A DNA stretch of 64,000 bases. Source: an uncultured Candidatus Entotheonella sp. GTDB lineage: Bacteria > Tectomicrobia > Entotheonellia > Entotheonellales > Entotheonellaceae. The position numbers were made by a program, and so were the translations under genes. Where the stretch lies: NCBI GenBank assembly GCA_965215335.1, contig CBDCDA010000001.1, forward strand, positions 160,001 through 224,000, read 5' to 3'. Position 1 is the first letter of the stretch. The number at the start of each line of letters is the position of its first letter. Positions 41,105 to 55,518 of the stretch are shown piece by piece. The notes below the pieces were generated by a model. That model was not told the origin of the DNA and ran no database searches. It worked only from the letters and a program-made list of their open reading frames with translations.

Positions 41105-41297
41105 GGCGCCCCGACGACAGAATCAATTGCCGTCGGGCGCGCAACCGCGATCACCCATCTACCTGGAATCGCCAAGAGTCGCCAAGAGTAATGCAGATCC
41201 CTGACTGAGACCAAGGATCCTGGTCGTGGATATCCTCCGGTAGCAGCGCCGTCACGATTTGGCCCTGGGGACTCGGCCAAGGGAAGAACAACGGAAC

Positions 41298-44200
41298 ATG
41301 AAACTGGAAGACCTCCAAACCAACGCTGCGGTTCGCGGCATTCTGCCCGACGGCCTCGTGACAGTCGTCAGCGTGCAATGGTTCGGCTCCGAGGCTCTCG
41401 AGCTGACCTACAAGACACCCCCTGGCAAAGTCGCCAATGAGCTTCTGTATCGTGAGGACGAACAACGACTCGAGCTGGCCGAGGTCGGCCGGCCGTGGAG
41501 TTTCGACGGCGACGGCGCCCTGTTCCGCCTGGTCTCCGAGGCACAGCGTATTCGCCTCGCGCATCTCTTCGACCCGGTGCTCGCCGTGCATACCTCGGAG
41601 GTCGAGCCGCTGCCGCACCAGATCACCGCGGTGTACGAATCCATGCTGCCGAGGCAGCCGCTCCGTTTCCTGCTGGCCGACGACCCGGGCGCCGGCAAGA
41701 CCATCATGGCGGGGTTGCTCATCAAGGAACTGATCGCGCGCGGTGACCTGCAGCGCTGCCTGGTGGTCTGTCCCGGCAGTCTCGCGGAGCAGTGGCAGGA
41801 CGAGCTGTCCCGACGCTTCAACCTGTCGTTCGAGATTCTGACCAACGACAGGCTCGAAGCCGCTCGCACCGGCAACTGGTTTCTGGAGACCAATCTCGTC
41901 ATTGCGCGCCTGGACAAGCTCTCTCGCAACGAAGACGTCCAGCACAAGCTGCAAGCGCCGGAGGCGGACTGGGACCTGATCGTGTGCGACGAAGCCCACA
42001 AGATGTCGGCCACGTTCTCTGGCGGCGAGATCAAGTACACCAGGCGCTACCGGCTCGGGCAACTGCTGTCGGGTCTTGCGCGCCATTTCCTGTTGATGAC
42101 GGCAACCCCGCACAACGGCAAGGAAGCAGACTTCCAGCTGTTCATGGCACTCATCGACGGCGACCGCTTCGAGGGCCGATTCCGCGACGGCGTACACGCC
42201 GCCGACGTCTCCGATCTGCTGCGCCGCATGGTGAAGGAGAAACTGCTCAGGTTCGATGGCACGCCGCTGTTCCCGGAGCGCATTGCCTACACGGTTCCCT
42301 ACCAGCTCTCGCACGAGGAGGCCAGTCTGTACAAGTCGGTCACCGACTACGTGCGCGAGGAGTTCAACCGCGTCGAGGCACTGCAGAACGACCGGCGTGC
42401 CGGCACCGTCGGGTTCGCGCTGACGATCCTGCAGCGCCGCCTGGCGTCTTCCCCGGAGGCCATCTGCCAGTCGTTGCGTCGCCGCCGCGAGCGGCTGGAA
42501 AGCCAGCTGCGGGAATTCGAGGTGTTGCAGCGCGGCGGGCGCCACGCGGCGGAAATTGCTGCCGCGGGCTTCGACCGCGAGGACGTCGAGGACCTCGACG
42601 AGGCGCCGGAGTCTGAAGTCCTGGCCGCCGAGGAAGCCGTCCTCGATCAGGCCACCGCCGCGCAGTCCATCGCCGAGCTCAGGGCGGAGATCGGCACCCT
42701 CGGGAAACTGGAACGCCTGGCTCTGGAAGTGCGCCGCAGCGGCACGGATACCAAGTGGCGAGAGCTGGCGAGCCTGCTCGGCGAAATCTTCACGGTCAAG
42801 GGGCTGGCTGCTCAGGTCGCGGAGCCGGACGTCCCCTATGGCGCCGGTGCGATTCCCCGCCCGGTCTCGTCGCCGCGGCAAAAGCTGGTCCTGTTCACCG
42901 AACACCGGGACACGCTGAGCTACCTGCACGATCGCATCACGACCTTGCTCGGGCGTCCCGAGGCGGCCGTGCTGATTCACGGCGGCATGGGCCGCAAAGA
43001 CCGCCTCAAGGCGCAGGAAGCCTTCCGGCACGATCCACAGGTGCAGGTGCTCCTGGCCACCGACGCCGCCGGCGAGGGCATCAATCTGCAACGGGCGCAT
43101 CTGATGGTGAACTACGACCTGCCGTGGAATCCCAACCGCCTGGAGCAGCGCTTCGGGCGCATTCACCGCATCGGCCAGACCGAGGTGTGCCATCTGTGGA
43201 ATCTGGTTGCCGAGGGCACCCGCGAGGGCGACGTCTATCGCCGCCTGCTCGACAAGCTGGAACAGGCGCGCGAGGCCCTGGGCGGGCAGGTGTTCGACGT
43301 CCTCGGCAAGCTCGAATTCGAGGGGCGGCCGCTGCGGGAACTGCTGGTGGAGGCCATACGCTACGGCGAGCAGCCGGAGGTTCGCGCCCGCCTCGACACG
43401 GCGCTGGACAACACCCTCGACCGTGGCAAGCTCCAGGCGCTGCTGGAAGAGCGCGCCCTGGCTCAGGACGCCATGGACGTCCGGCGCGTGCACCGCATCC
43501 GCGAAGACATGGAACGCGCCGAGGCCCAGCGGCTGCAGCCGCATTACGTCGAGTCCTTCTTCCGGCAGGCGTTTCAAGGGCTGGGCGGCACGATGCGGCA
43601 ACGCGAGGCGCGGCGCTACGAGGTCACCCACGTGCCCGCAGCGGTGCGCAACCGGGACCGGCGCATCGGCATTGGCGGCCCCGTGCTCGCCCGCTACGAG
43701 CGCATTGCGTTCGACAAACCGCTGGTAGCGCCCCAAGGACAGCCGCTGGCGGCTTTCGTCTGCCCCGGCCACCCCTTGCTCGACGCCGTCATCGACCTGA
43801 CGCTGGAGCGGCACCGCGACCTGCTGAAGCGAGGCGCCGTGCTGGTGGACGACCGCGACGACGGCGCCGAGCCGCGCGTGCTGTTCTATCTCGAACACGC
43901 CATCCAGGATGCCGGCCTGACCCGCGCCGGCGAGTGCCGGGTGATTTCCCGACGCGTGCTGTACGTGGAGCTCGGCGCTGACGGCGTGGCCCGCCACCTG
44001 CGCTATGCGCCGTATCTCGACTATCGCCCCCTGGCTGCGGACGATCCCCCGGTGGACCGCATCCTCGACCGCCCGGAGTGCGCCTGGATCGACCGCGACC
44101 TGGAAGGCAAGGCACGGGGCCATGCAATTGCCAGGGTGGTCCCGGACCATGTGGCCGAGATGCGTGAGGCCAGGCTGGCCCTGATCGCCAAGACCGAGGT

Positions 44201-44870
44201 CGCCGTGCAGGAGCGCCTCACCAAGGAGATCGCCTACTGGGATCATCGCGCCGAGCAGCTCAAGCTGCAGGAACAGGCCGGCAAGACCGCCGCCCGCCTC
44301 AATTCAGGCGAGGCCCGCCGGCGCGCCGACACCCTGCAGGCGCGGCTGCACAAGCGGCTGGCGGAGTTGCGGCTCGAAGCGCAGATTTCGCCATTGCCTC
44401 CCGTGGTGCCTGGCGGCGTCCTGGTGATCCCGAAAGGGCTCATCGACGCCATGGCCGGGCGGCAATCGGCAGGCGCCCCGGCGGCCATCGACACGCAGGC
44501 GGCCGCGACCCGGGCACGCGCCGTCATCATGGAAGTCGAGCGGCGTCTCGGCTACGAACCCACTGATCGCGAGGTCGAGAAACTGGGCTACGACATCGAA
44601 AGCCGGGTACCGGAGACGGGCAAGCTGCGCTTCATCGAGGTCAAGGGGCGGGCCAGCAGCGCGGCGACGATTACGGTGACGCGCAACGAGATCCTGTACT
44701 CCCTGAACAAGCCCGAGGACTTCATCCTAGGGATCGTCGAGTTCCTGGAGGACGGCTCGCACCAGGTCCACTATGTTCGCGAACCCTTCCGGCGCGAGCC
44801 CGACTTCGGGGTGACCAGCGTCAACTACGACTTCGCGGCACTGCTGGCGCGGGCGCAGCCGCCGTCCTGA
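41298..44870 (+). CDS. SNF2-family helicase with C-terminal DUF3883 (NOV-like) nuclease domain
   Basis: [54 protein letters not shown]-terminal GYDIES...FIEVKG...TRNE. Confidence 0.92.
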   Translation: MKLEDLQTNAAVRGILPDGLVTVVSVQWFGSEALELTYKTPPGKVANELLYREDEQRLELAEVGRPWSFDGDGALFRLVSEAQRIRLAHLFDPVLAVHTSEVEPLPHQITAVYESMLPRQPLRFLLADDPGAGKTIMAGLLIKELIARGDLQRCLVVCPGSLAEQWQDELSRRFNLSFEILTNDRLEAARTGNWFLETNLVIARLDKLSRNEDVQHKLQAPEADWDLIVCDEAHKMSATFSGGEIKYTRRYRLGQLLSGLARHFLLMTATPHNGKEADFQLFMALIDGDRFEGRFRDGVHAADVSDLLRRMVKEKLLRFDGTPLFPERIAYTVPYQLSHEEASLYKSVTDYVREEFNRVEALQNDRRAGTVGFALTILQRRLASSPEAICQSLRRRRERLESQLREFEVLQRGGRHAAEIAAAGFDREDVEDLDEAPESEVLAAEEAVLDQATAAQSIAELRAEIGTLGKLERLALEVRRSGTDTKWRELASLLGEIFTVKGLAAQVAEPDVPYGAGAIPRPVSSPRQKLVLFTEHRDTLSYLHDRITTLLGRPEAAVLIHGGMGRKDRLKAQEAFRHDPQVQVLLATDAAGEGINLQRAHLMVNYDLPWNPNRLEQRFGRIHRIGQTEVCHLWNLVAEGTREGDVYRRLLDKLEQAREALGGQVFDVLGKLEFEGRPLRELLVEAIRYGEQPEVRARLDTALDNTLDRGKLQALLEERALAQDAMDVRRVHRIREDMERAEAQRLQPHYVESFFRQAFQGLGGTMRQREARRYEVTHVPAAVRNRDRRIGIGGPVLARYERIAFDKPLVAPQGQPLAAFVCPGHPLLDAVIDLTLERHRDLLKRGAVLVDDRDDGAEPRVLFYLEHAIQDAGLTRAGECRVISRRVLYVELGADGVARHLRYAPYLDYRPLAADDPPVDRILDRPECAWIDRDLEGKARGHAIARVVPDHVAEMREARLALIAKTEVAVQERLTKEIAYWDHRAEQLKLQEQAGKTAARLNSGEARRRADTLQARLHKRLAELRLEAQISPLPPVVPGGVLVIPKGLIDAMAGRQSAGAPAAIDTQAAATRARAVIMEVERRLGYEPTDREVEKLGYDIESRVPETGKLRFIEVKGRASSAATITVTRNEILYSLNKPEDFILGIVEFLEDGSHQVHYVREPFRREPDFGVTSVNYDFAALLARAQPPS

Positions 44871-44895
44871 GGCCACCGGCACGAGAAGGGATGCC

Positions 44896-47800
44896 ATGAC
44901 GACCGGGAAGAAGCTGATCGAGGTCGCGTTGCCCCTTGACGCCATCAACAAGGCAGCGGCGCGCGAGAAGTCGATCCGTCACGGGCACCCCAGCACCCTG
45001 CACCTGTGGTGGGCGCGCCGCCCATTGGCGGCGGCCAGGGCCGTCATCTTTGCGCAGATGGTCGACGACCCGTCCGCCTACGAGCCCGATGAAGCGACCG
45101 CCGAACGCGAGCGCAACCGTCTCTTTGCGATCCTGGAGGACCTCGTGCGGTGGGAGAACACCACCAACGAGGCGGTGTTGCAACGCGCCCGGGACGCCAT
45201 CCGGGAGAGCTGGCGGCGGACCTGCGAGGCGAACGCCGGCCATCCCCGCGCCGGGGAGCTGTTCGATCCCGACAGGCTGCCGGGCTTCCACGACCCGTTC
45301 GCCGGTGGCGGCGCGCTGCCGCTGGAGGCGCAGCGGCTCGGCCTGGAGAGCCGCGCCAGCGATCTGAACCCGGTGGCGGTGCTGATCAACAAGGCGATGA
45401 TCGAGATACCGCCGCGATTCGCCGGGAAGCCGCCGGTAAACCCCAGGTCGCGCCAGGACAAGGACCTGGTCGCGCGGCAGTGGACGGGGGCACGGGGCCT
45501 GGCCGCGGACGTGCGCCACTACGGCCGGTGGGTGCGAGACGAGGCCGAGAAGCGCATCGGGTGGCTATACCCGAAGGTGGCGGTGACGGCCGAGATGGTA
45601 CAGGAGCGACCCGACCTCGAGCCCTGTGTCGGCCGGCAACTCACGGTGATCGCCTGGCTGTGGGCGCGCACGGTGAAGAGCCCGAACCCGGCCTTTGCGC
45701 AGGTGGACGTGCCGCTCGTCTCGACCTTCATGCTGTCGACCAGGAAGGGCAAGGAGGCGTACGTCGAGCCGGTGATCGAGAACGGCGGCTACCGCTTCAC
45801 GGTCAAGGTGGGCGAGCCGGGGGATGCCGAGGCGGCGAAGCGAGGTACAAAGGCAGGAGGGAGCGGTAGTAGTTTCTTATGCTTGATGTCAGAAGCACCG
45901 ATGCCGTTCGAATATCTGCGCTCCGAAGCCAAGGCCAACCGCATGGGCGCCCGGCTGATGGCAGTTGTAGCAGAGGGTTACCGTGGGCGCGTGTATCTCT
46001 CACCGGATGCCGAGATGGAACGTATCGCACTTGGCGCGAAGCCGCTTGATACGCCTGAGACCGAGCTACCTACCAGGGCGCTTGGCTTCCGTGTTCAGGA
46101 ATACGGGATGACCAAGTGGGCCGACCTCTTCACCCCCCGCCAACTCGTGGCCCTGACGACATTCTCGGATTTGGTGCAGGAAGCGAGGGAGCGCGTCAAG
46201 AACGACTACCTGGGACCGAGGGCGTCCCGCCCTCGCCGAGGGCAGGATGCCCTCGATCCCGATGCCAGTCCAAACGCTGCAAACACGGCCGGCGTCGTGC
46301 CGTCCAGCCCATACCACCGCACCCACCTGCCGCATGTCGAGGCTGGGGCCGTGCCTCAACACATCTGTTTCAGACTGGCGGATAGCTTGCCACGGTCCCT
46401 GCTCCAGCAATGGGAGGATGAACTGCGGCGGCTCCCGGAAACACGACAACGAAACGAAAGACGCCAGCGCATCGAGGCCGCGCTTGACCAAGGACACGGC
46501 GCCTGCCGGTTGAACCACCCGGAGATCGCGGCCCTGGTACGCGATGCGCTGCGGTATTTCGATGGCGACCGCTATCACCTGCACGGGTGGGTCATCATGC
46601 CCAATCACGTCCACGTCCTCGTCACCCTGCAGGGCGATCACGCCTTGTCTGGCGTCGTGCATTCATGGAAGTCCTACACCGCACAGCGGGCAAACGACAT
46701 ACTGGGGCGCAACGGTGCGTTTTGGCATGTGGACTACTTCGACCGGTTCATGCGGGACGAAAAGCACTTCGCGACGACGCTCGATTACATCCACTGGAAT
46801 CCAGTGAAGGCCGGCTTGTGTGCGGAGCCAGGCGATTGGCGATGGAGCAGCTCCCGGGAACAAGGCCCGGAGCCGGAACCGGAACGAGGGCATCCTGCCC
46901 TCGATAAAGCGGGCGCGACGCTCTCCCTCCCAGGGCCCGCAACCATGATCGAGGACGAACGACCCCTGCGCGACGGCGGCGCCGGCGCGACCGCCTATGC
47001 CGAGGCGGTAGGGGTGTATCTGTCGCTGGCTGTGGATAAAGTTGCCGATCGCAACTCAACGGTTTGCTCTTGGGCGACATTGCGTGAGCACGCACGCAAT
47101 ACTTTTGGAAGGCAAGCTATCCCAATGGTCTGGGATTTCGCAGAGAGTAACGTGTTCTCCGATTCGAGCGGAAATTTTGAAGGCGGTGTCGATTCAATTG
47201 CTTCCGGTCTCGGATCCGTGAATCCGTCAAGTGTGGGTCACGCCACACAAGTTGACGCCCAGTCACAGGGAATTAGTGCTCTCAAGATTGTTTCAACCGA
47301 TCCTCCCTACTACGACAACATCGGATACGCCGATCTGTCTGATTTCTTCTACGTCTGGCTACGTTACTCGCTGAAGCTGGTCTTTCCTGAACTTTTCGCT
47401 ACGCTTGCGGTACCTAAAGCCGAGGAGCTGGTAGCCACGCCCTATCGCCACGAAAGCAAGGAAAAAGCCGAGGCCTTCTTTCTCGACGGGATGACCCTGG
47501 CCGTGCGGCGTCTCGCTGAACAAGCACACCCAAGCTTCCCCGTTACAATCTACTATGCGTTGAAGCAAGCAGAGAGCAAAGGCGAAACCGGAACCGCTAG
47601 CACTGGATGGGAAACATTTCTGGACGCTGTCATCCAATCCGGCTTCGTGATCAGTGGGACATGGCCGATGCGTACTGAACTTGACCGACGCCTGGTCGGT
47701 CGGGACGCTAACGCCCTCGCCTCCAGCATCGTCTTGGTCTGCCGCCAGCGACCCACCGACGCGCCCCTGGCTACCCGCCGGGAATTCGTCACCGCGCTCA

Positions 47801-48489
47801 AGACCGAATTGCCGACGGCGCTCGTCCACTTGCAGGGCGGCAACATCGCCCCCGTCGATCTCGCCCAGGCGGCCATCGGCCCCGGCATGGCTATCTACAC
47901 CCGCTACGCCAAGGTACTCGATACGCACGGCAAGCCACTGCCGGTACGCGATGCCTTGGCGCTGATCAACCAGACCCTCGACGAAGTGTTGGCCGAACAG
48001 GAAGGCGACTTCGACGCCGACACCCGCTGGGCCCTCGCCTGGTTCGAGCAGGCCGGCTTCGACGAGGGCGACTACGGCGTTGCCGAGACGCTCTCCAAGG
48101 CGAAGAACACCAGTGTGGATGGCTTGGCTGAAGCAGGGATTCTCGTCTCCAGGGGCGGCAAAGTCCGACTGTTGAGACCCGACGAATTGTCCGACGACTG
48201 GAACCCAGCCACCGACCCGAGGCTGACCGCCTGGGAGACGGTCCATCACCTGGTCCGCGCCCTGGAATCCGGCGGCGAAGGCGCCGCGGCCGAGTTGACC
48301 GCCGCGCTCGGCCACGCCGCCGAGACCGCCCGCGAGTTGTGCTACCGCCTCTACACCCTGTGCGAACGCAAGAAACGCGCCGCCGAGGCGCTGTCATACA
48401 ACGCCCTGGTACAAAGCTGGCCGGAAATCGTTCGCCTGGCGCAAGAGCGGACGTCCGAAGCGAAACAAGCTACCCTCTTCCCAGGATAA
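44896..48489 (+). CDS. DUF1156 amino-DNA methyltransferase with in-frame RAYT insertion
   Basis: [27 protein letters not shown] (SAM binding), TDPPYY (catalytic); Y1 transposase domain inside. Confidence 0.9.
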   Translation: MTTGKKLIEVALPLDAINKAAAREKSIRHGHPSTLHLWWARRPLAAARAVIFAQMVDDPSAYEPDEATAERERNRLFAILEDLVRWENTTNEAVLQRARDAIRESWRRTCEANAGHPRAGELFDPDRLPGFHDPFAGGGALPLEAQRLGLESRASDLNPVAVLINKAMIEIPPRFAGKPPVNPRSRQDKDLVARQWTGARGLAADVRHYGRWVRDEAEKRIGWLYPKVAVTAEMVQERPDLEPCVGRQLTVIAWLWARTVKSPNPAFAQVDVPLVSTFMLSTRKGKEAYVEPVIENGGYRFTVKVGEPGDAEAAKRGTKAGGSGSSFLCLMSEAPMPFEYLRSEAKANRMGARLMAVVAEGYRGRVYLSPDAEMERIALGAKPLDTPETELPTRALGFRVQEYGMTKWADLFTPRQLVALTTFSDLVQEARERVKNDYLGPRASRPRRGQDALDPDASPNAANTAGVVPSSPYHRTHLPHVEAGAVPQHICFRLADSLPRSLLQQWEDELRRLPETRQRNERRQRIEAALDQGHGACRLNHPEIAALVRDALRYFDGDRYHLHGWVIMPNHVHVLVTLQGDHALSGVVHSWKSYTAQRANDILGRNGAFWHVDYFDRFMRDEKHFATTLDYIHWNPVKAGLCAEPGDWRWSSSREQGPEPEPERGHPALDKAGATLSLPGPATMIEDERPLRDGGAGATAYAEAVGVYLSLAVDKVADRNSTVCSWATLREHARNTFGRQAIPMVWDFAESNVFSDSSGNFEGGVDSIASGLGSVNPSSVGHATQVDAQSQGISALKIVSTDPPYYDNIGYADLSDFFYVWLRYSLKLVFPELFATLAVPKAEELVATPYRHESKEKAEAFFLDGMTLAVRRLAEQAHPSFPVTIYYALKQAESKGETGTASTGWETFLDAVIQSGFVISGTWPMRTELDRRLVGRDANALASSIVLVCRQRPTDAPLATRREFVTALKTELPTALVHLQGGNIAPVDLAQAAIGPGMAIYTRYAKVLDTHGKPLPVRDALALINQTLDEVLAEQEGDFDADTRWALAWFEQAGFDEGDYGVAETLSKAKNTSVDGLAEAGILVSRGGKVRLLRPDELSDDWNPATDPRLTAWETVHHLVRALESGGEGAAAELTAALGHAAETARELCYRLYTLCERKKRAAEALSYNALVQSWPEIVRLAQERTSEAKQATLFPG
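46212..46260. repeat. Left REP doublet (inverted pair)
   Basis: GGGACCGAGGGCG-TCC-CGCCCTCG c CGAGGGCA-GGA-TGCCCTCGATCCC. Confidence 0.8.
46312..46851 (+). mobile_element. REP-associated tyrosine transposase (RAYT/Y1) domain, in frame in the methyltransferase
   Basis: [23 protein letters not shown] (HUH), [33 protein letters not shown]. Confidence 0.88.
46881..46934. repeat. Right REP doublet (second unit degenerate)
   Basis: GGAACGAGGGCA-TCC-TGCCCTCG ataaa GCGGGCGCGACGCTCTCCCTCCCAGG. Confidence 0.7.
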
Positions 48490-48593
48490 GCGAATATGGC
48501 GGCGACATCGGACCCGACCTGCACCCTCTGGAAGGTGGCCAGGACGCTTTCGAGCGTCGTCGCCGGAAGTACGGATTCCAAAGCGAGCACGAC

Positions 48594-49889
48594 ATGAATC
48601 GAACCGATCTGGCCGAGATGATTCACCACGGCGAGAACTCCGGCGTCGAGTTCAAGCGCGACGACGTGACGCCCGCGAGGCTCGCCAAGGAGATGGCCGC
48701 CCTGCTCAATCTCGAAGGTGGCCATATCTTGCTGGGGGTCGAGAAGGACCGGAGCGTCTCGGGCTTGACCAGGGAGCACGAGCAAGCCGAGGAGGGGGTG
48801 ATGGAGGTCGCGCGCATGCACCTCCGGCCGGCGGCCATTCCATTCTGGGAAACACTGGACTGGGGCGACGGCAAGACCGTAGGGATTGTTTCTCTGCCGG
48901 CCGACGCACCCGACAAGCCGTACAAGTGCCGGCGCGGCTCGGCATGGGTCACCCAGATTCGCGCCGGCACAACGTCACGCGACGCGACCGACGAAGAGGA
49001 AGCGCGTCTGTACATGCAGTCGGGACGGCTGCGGTACGATCGCAAGCCCGTCCCCGGCGCCGGTCTGAATGATTTCGACATGCGCCGGCTGGCGAATTAC
49101 TTCCGCGACGTGCGCCGGCAATCCTGCCCGCCGGTGGCGGACCGCGAGGCCTGGACGCGGCTGCTCGTCAACACCGACTTCATGTACGAGGATCGCGGCC
49201 GCCCGCTGCCGAGCACCGGGGGGCTGCTGCTCTTCGGCGTACGACCGCAGAAGTACCTGCCCCAGGCCGGAATCAGCGCGGCGGCCTACACCGGCACCGA
49301 AAAGGACTACGACGCCAGGGAACGAGCGGTATTGCGAGGCGCTGCGGTCTCTCTGTTCCCCGAGCCGCTCGCCTTAATGGGGCAGGCTTATCCGGGCTTG
49401 CCGCCAACCTTTTCGGAAGCCGGCGGCGCCGTCGAGTCGGGCGTTATCGAGCAGGCGATGGATTTCGTGCGCCGCAATATCACGATTACGGCCTCCATCG
49501 ACAACGGAGGGCGACGCGTGGAGAACTGGGACTATCCGATCGAGGCGGTCCGCGAGGCCATCGTGAACGCCGTCGCGCACCGTGACTACACGATCGGCGT
49601 GATGGACGTCGAACTGTCGATCTATGCGGACCGGCTGGAGATCATCTCTCCCGGCCGTTTGCCGAACACGGTCACCGTGGACAAGATGCGCGCCGGTTAT
49701 CGCGCTTCGCGTAACGAGTTGGTCAAGGAGGTATTGCGCGACTACCGGTACGTCGAAGCCACCGGTCTGGGCGTGCCGCGCAAGATCATCGCGGGCATGC
49801 GGCAGCACAATGGCACCGAACCCGACCTCGTCGAAGAAGAGAGTCGATTCATCGTGCGCCTGTGGAAACGTCCCCATAACACCCCGTGA
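48594..49889 (+). CDS. AlbA_2/Schlafen-like domain + HATPase_c_4 ATP-binding protein
   Basis: GENSGVEFK, GGHILLGV, REAIVNAVAHRDY, LEIISPG, SRN, GLGV. Confidence 0.88.
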   Translation: MNRTDLAEMIHHGENSGVEFKRDDVTPARLAKEMAALLNLEGGHILLGVEKDRSVSGLTREHEQAEEGVMEVARMHLRPAAIPFWETLDWGDGKTVGIVSLPADAPDKPYKCRRGSAWVTQIRAGTTSRDATDEEEARLYMQSGRLRYDRKPVPGAGLNDFDMRRLANYFRDVRRQSCPPVADREAWTRLLVNTDFMYEDRGRPLPSTGGLLLFGVRPQKYLPQAGISAAAYTGTEKDYDARERAVLRGAAVSLFPEPLALMGQAYPGLPPTFSEAGGAVESGVIEQAMDFVRRNITITASIDNGGRRVENWDYPIEAVREAIVNAVAHRDYTIGVMDVELSIYADRLEIISPGRLPNTVTVDKMRAGYRASRNELVKEVLRDYRYVEATGLGVPRKIIAGMRQHNGTEPDLVEEESRFIVRLWKRPHNTP

Positions 49890-49914
49890 TCAGTCGCCTG
49901 GAAGGAGAGACATC

Positions 49915-53250
<3,336 letters not shown>

Positions 53251-53336
53251 GCTGCGGATGAACAGCTTCAAGACGGTTCGTGAGGACAGAAACCTTGTGC
53301 ATCACACCTGACCGACTTTCATAAGAGGTTCCCTGC

Positions 53337-55034
53337 ATGATCGCGAAAGACCTGCAACAGTTGATCGCCGCCGCCAACGGCCTGTGGAGCCTGGACGCGG
53401 CCGGCCTGACGCGCTCCCGAACGGCCATCCCGGCGCTGCTGCACCGCGAGGCGTACGTGACGGAAACGCCCCGCACCCGCGTCTTGCTGCTCAGCGGCCT
53501 GTCCGGCGAGAAAGCCGACACCGCACTGGCTCTGGATGCCATGAAGACATACCTCGACGGCGGCGAGACACTGACCGATACCGTGGCGTTGAGCGCCGTG
53601 CCGTGCGCCAATCCGGACGGCATGGCACTGGGCGTCGCACCCGAAAACGGCGCCGGTGGCCGTCCCGCCGAGAATTACCCGCCAATCGTGGGTTTCTTCA
53701 ACGATCGCCGCAACCCCGAGCAAAGGTATCTGTGGCGCTGGATCGGCCTGCAAGCACCCGATCTCGTTCTCGAAGTCCAGGCCGGTGAATCGGTGTCGTG
53801 GGTGTCTTCGGCCTCAGCGACCCTGTTATTGCCCACGATCGAGGCCACCCGAATGGAAGAGACCGCCGGCAGCCTCCTGGCGGCCCTCGGCAGCCACATG
53901 GCAAACGGCATCGGTGCCGTGCCAGGGCTGCGGCTCACCACCCCCGCCGCCGCGCTGCCGGACGAACTGAAACGCCTGTGGTCGGTGCTGCGGCAAACCC
54001 CCGGCCTGCGCACCTCACCGGCCCGCCGGGAACTGTACAACCGCAGCACTCGTCCGCCCCTGGGCATCGCCCGCCTGCTGGCCACCATCTACGGCCGCAG
54101 CCTCGACCCCGTGGTGTACACGCAAGGCATGAGCCTCAGCGGTCGCCTGCGCCTGGCGCGTCTCGATCCCACCTATTCCGACCCGTCGGCGGCCATCGCG
54201 GACGTCGTGGCGCCCTACGTGGACGGCAGCAAGCCGTGGTTCGAGGGCGAGCCCGGCACGCCCGCCCTGGCGGGGCTGATCTGGGCCATGCAACTGGCCG
54301 AATCGACCCGCGAGCGCCGCTATGCCGATCTGGTCGTGGAGATGGCCGACCACTACCAGCCCGGTGCCGACGGCGGCGCGCCGCCGCCGTCCGACGCCGA
54401 CTTCCGTACCGAGGACATGTTCATGAACGGCGCCATGCTGGGCCGCGCCTTCAGGCTTACGGGCGAGACTCGTTACCTCGACCTGCTCACCCGGTTCCTG
54501 CTCGCCGCCCGCACCCAGCAGGACGACGGCCTGTTCTGGCACGCGCGCTCGACGCCGTGGTTCTGGGGGCGTGGCAACGGCTTCGCCGCGCTCGGCTATG
54601 CCGAAACGCTGACCTATCTGCCGGAGGATCACCCCGACCGCGGGGCGTTGATCGCTCAACACGTGCGCCACCTGGAGGCCCTGCGCGCCCGCCAGCACGC
54701 CTCCGGCATGTATCCGCAGGTGCTCGATACGCCCGGCGCGTACCATGAGTTCACCGCCACCTGCATGACGGGCTACGCCATGGCCCGCGCCCTGCGGCGC
54801 GGCTGGCTGGACGCGTCATATCGCGATTCGGTGGACCGCGCCTGGCGGGGCGTCACCGAGCGCATCGACGACGCCGGCGGCCTGGTCGATTGCTGCACCG
54901 ACACCGGCGCCCAGGACAGCCTGCAGGCGTACCTGGACCGCCCGGCGGTGTTCGGCCGCGACGACCGGGGCGGTTCCATGGCGATGTGGTTTGCGCTGGA
55001 AATGGAACAGTCGAGGCGATCGCAGGGGAAGTGA
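53337..55034 (+). CDS. GH88/105-like glycoside hydrolase with N-terminal M14-peptidase-like domain
   Basis: VPCANPDG, PE.RYL....APDLVLE; C-terminal EDMFM, QQDDGLFWH, WGRGNGF, EFTATCM. Confidence 0.72.
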   Translation: MIAKDLQQLIAAANGLWSLDAAGLTRSRTAIPALLHREAYVTETPRTRVLLLSGLSGEKADTALALDAMKTYLDGGETLTDTVALSAVPCANPDGMALGVAPENGAGGRPAENYPPIVGFFNDRRNPEQRYLWRWIGLQAPDLVLEVQAGESVSWVSSASATLLLPTIEATRMEETAGSLLAALGSHMANGIGAVPGLRLTTPAAALPDELKRLWSVLRQTPGLRTSPARRELYNRSTRPPLGIARLLATIYGRSLDPVVYTQGMSLSGRLRLARLDPTYSDPSAAIADVVAPYVDGSKPWFEGEPGTPALAGLIWAMQLAESTRERRYADLVVEMADHYQPGADGGAPPPSDADFRTEDMFMNGAMLGRAFRLTGETRYLDLLTRFLLAARTQQDDGLFWHARSTPWFWGRGNGFAALGYAETLTYLPEDHPDRGALIAQHVRHLEALRARQHASGMYPQVLDTPGAYHEFTATCMTGYAMARALRRGWLDASYRDSVDRAWRGVTERIDDAGGLVDCCTDTGAQDSLQAYLDRPAVFGRDDRGGSMAMWFALEMEQSRRSQGK

Positions 55035-55038
55035 GCCG

Positions 55039-55494
55039 TCAGGAGCCGGAAAGGCGCACGCCCTGGCGGATGAGCCAGACCCAGGCGGCGTATCTGAGAA
55101 ACTTGCCGGCCAGCATGTAGAAACCGACCTGCCAGACCGGGCTGCGCACGAAGCCCAGGGCGATGGCCAGCGGATCGCCCACCACCGGCAGCCAGCAAAA
55201 CAGGGCGGCGCGGCTGCCGTAGCGATCCGCCCATGCCTTCACCTTGTCAACCTTGTCGCGATTGCGGGCAAAGAACCTCTCCACCCACGCCCACTTGCCG
55301 GCGTAGCCCATATAATAAGACGTCATGCCGCCCAGCGAATTGCCGGCGGACGCCACCAGCACGCACGCGACGGGGTCGAAGCCGCCGATCACCATGGCGG
55401 CCAGGACGGCTTCCGAGCTCAGCGGCAGGATCGTCGGCGCCAGAAACGACCCCAGGAACAACCCGCCATAGCCCAATACGTCGCTGTCCGCCAT
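55039..55494 (-). CDS. DedA/YqaA-family membrane protein
   Basis: SFLAPTILPLSSE, GNSLG, WLPVVGD, GKFLRY. Confidence 0.9.
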   Translation of the reverse strand: MADSDVLGYGGLFLGSFLAPTILPLSSEAVLAAMVIGGFDPVACVLVASAGNSLGGMTSYYMGYAGKWAWVERFFARNRDKVDKVKAWADRYGSRAALFCWLPVVGDPLAIALGFVRSPVWQVGFYMLAGKFLRYAAWVWLIRQGVRLSGS

Positions 55495-55518
55495 GATCCG
55501 TCCAATGGTTGAAGCCGC

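Noticed and set aside
46200..46950. Intein in the methyltransferase
   Set aside because: No C/S-start or HN-C/S/T splice motifs seen; insert is a Y1 HUH domain with REPs
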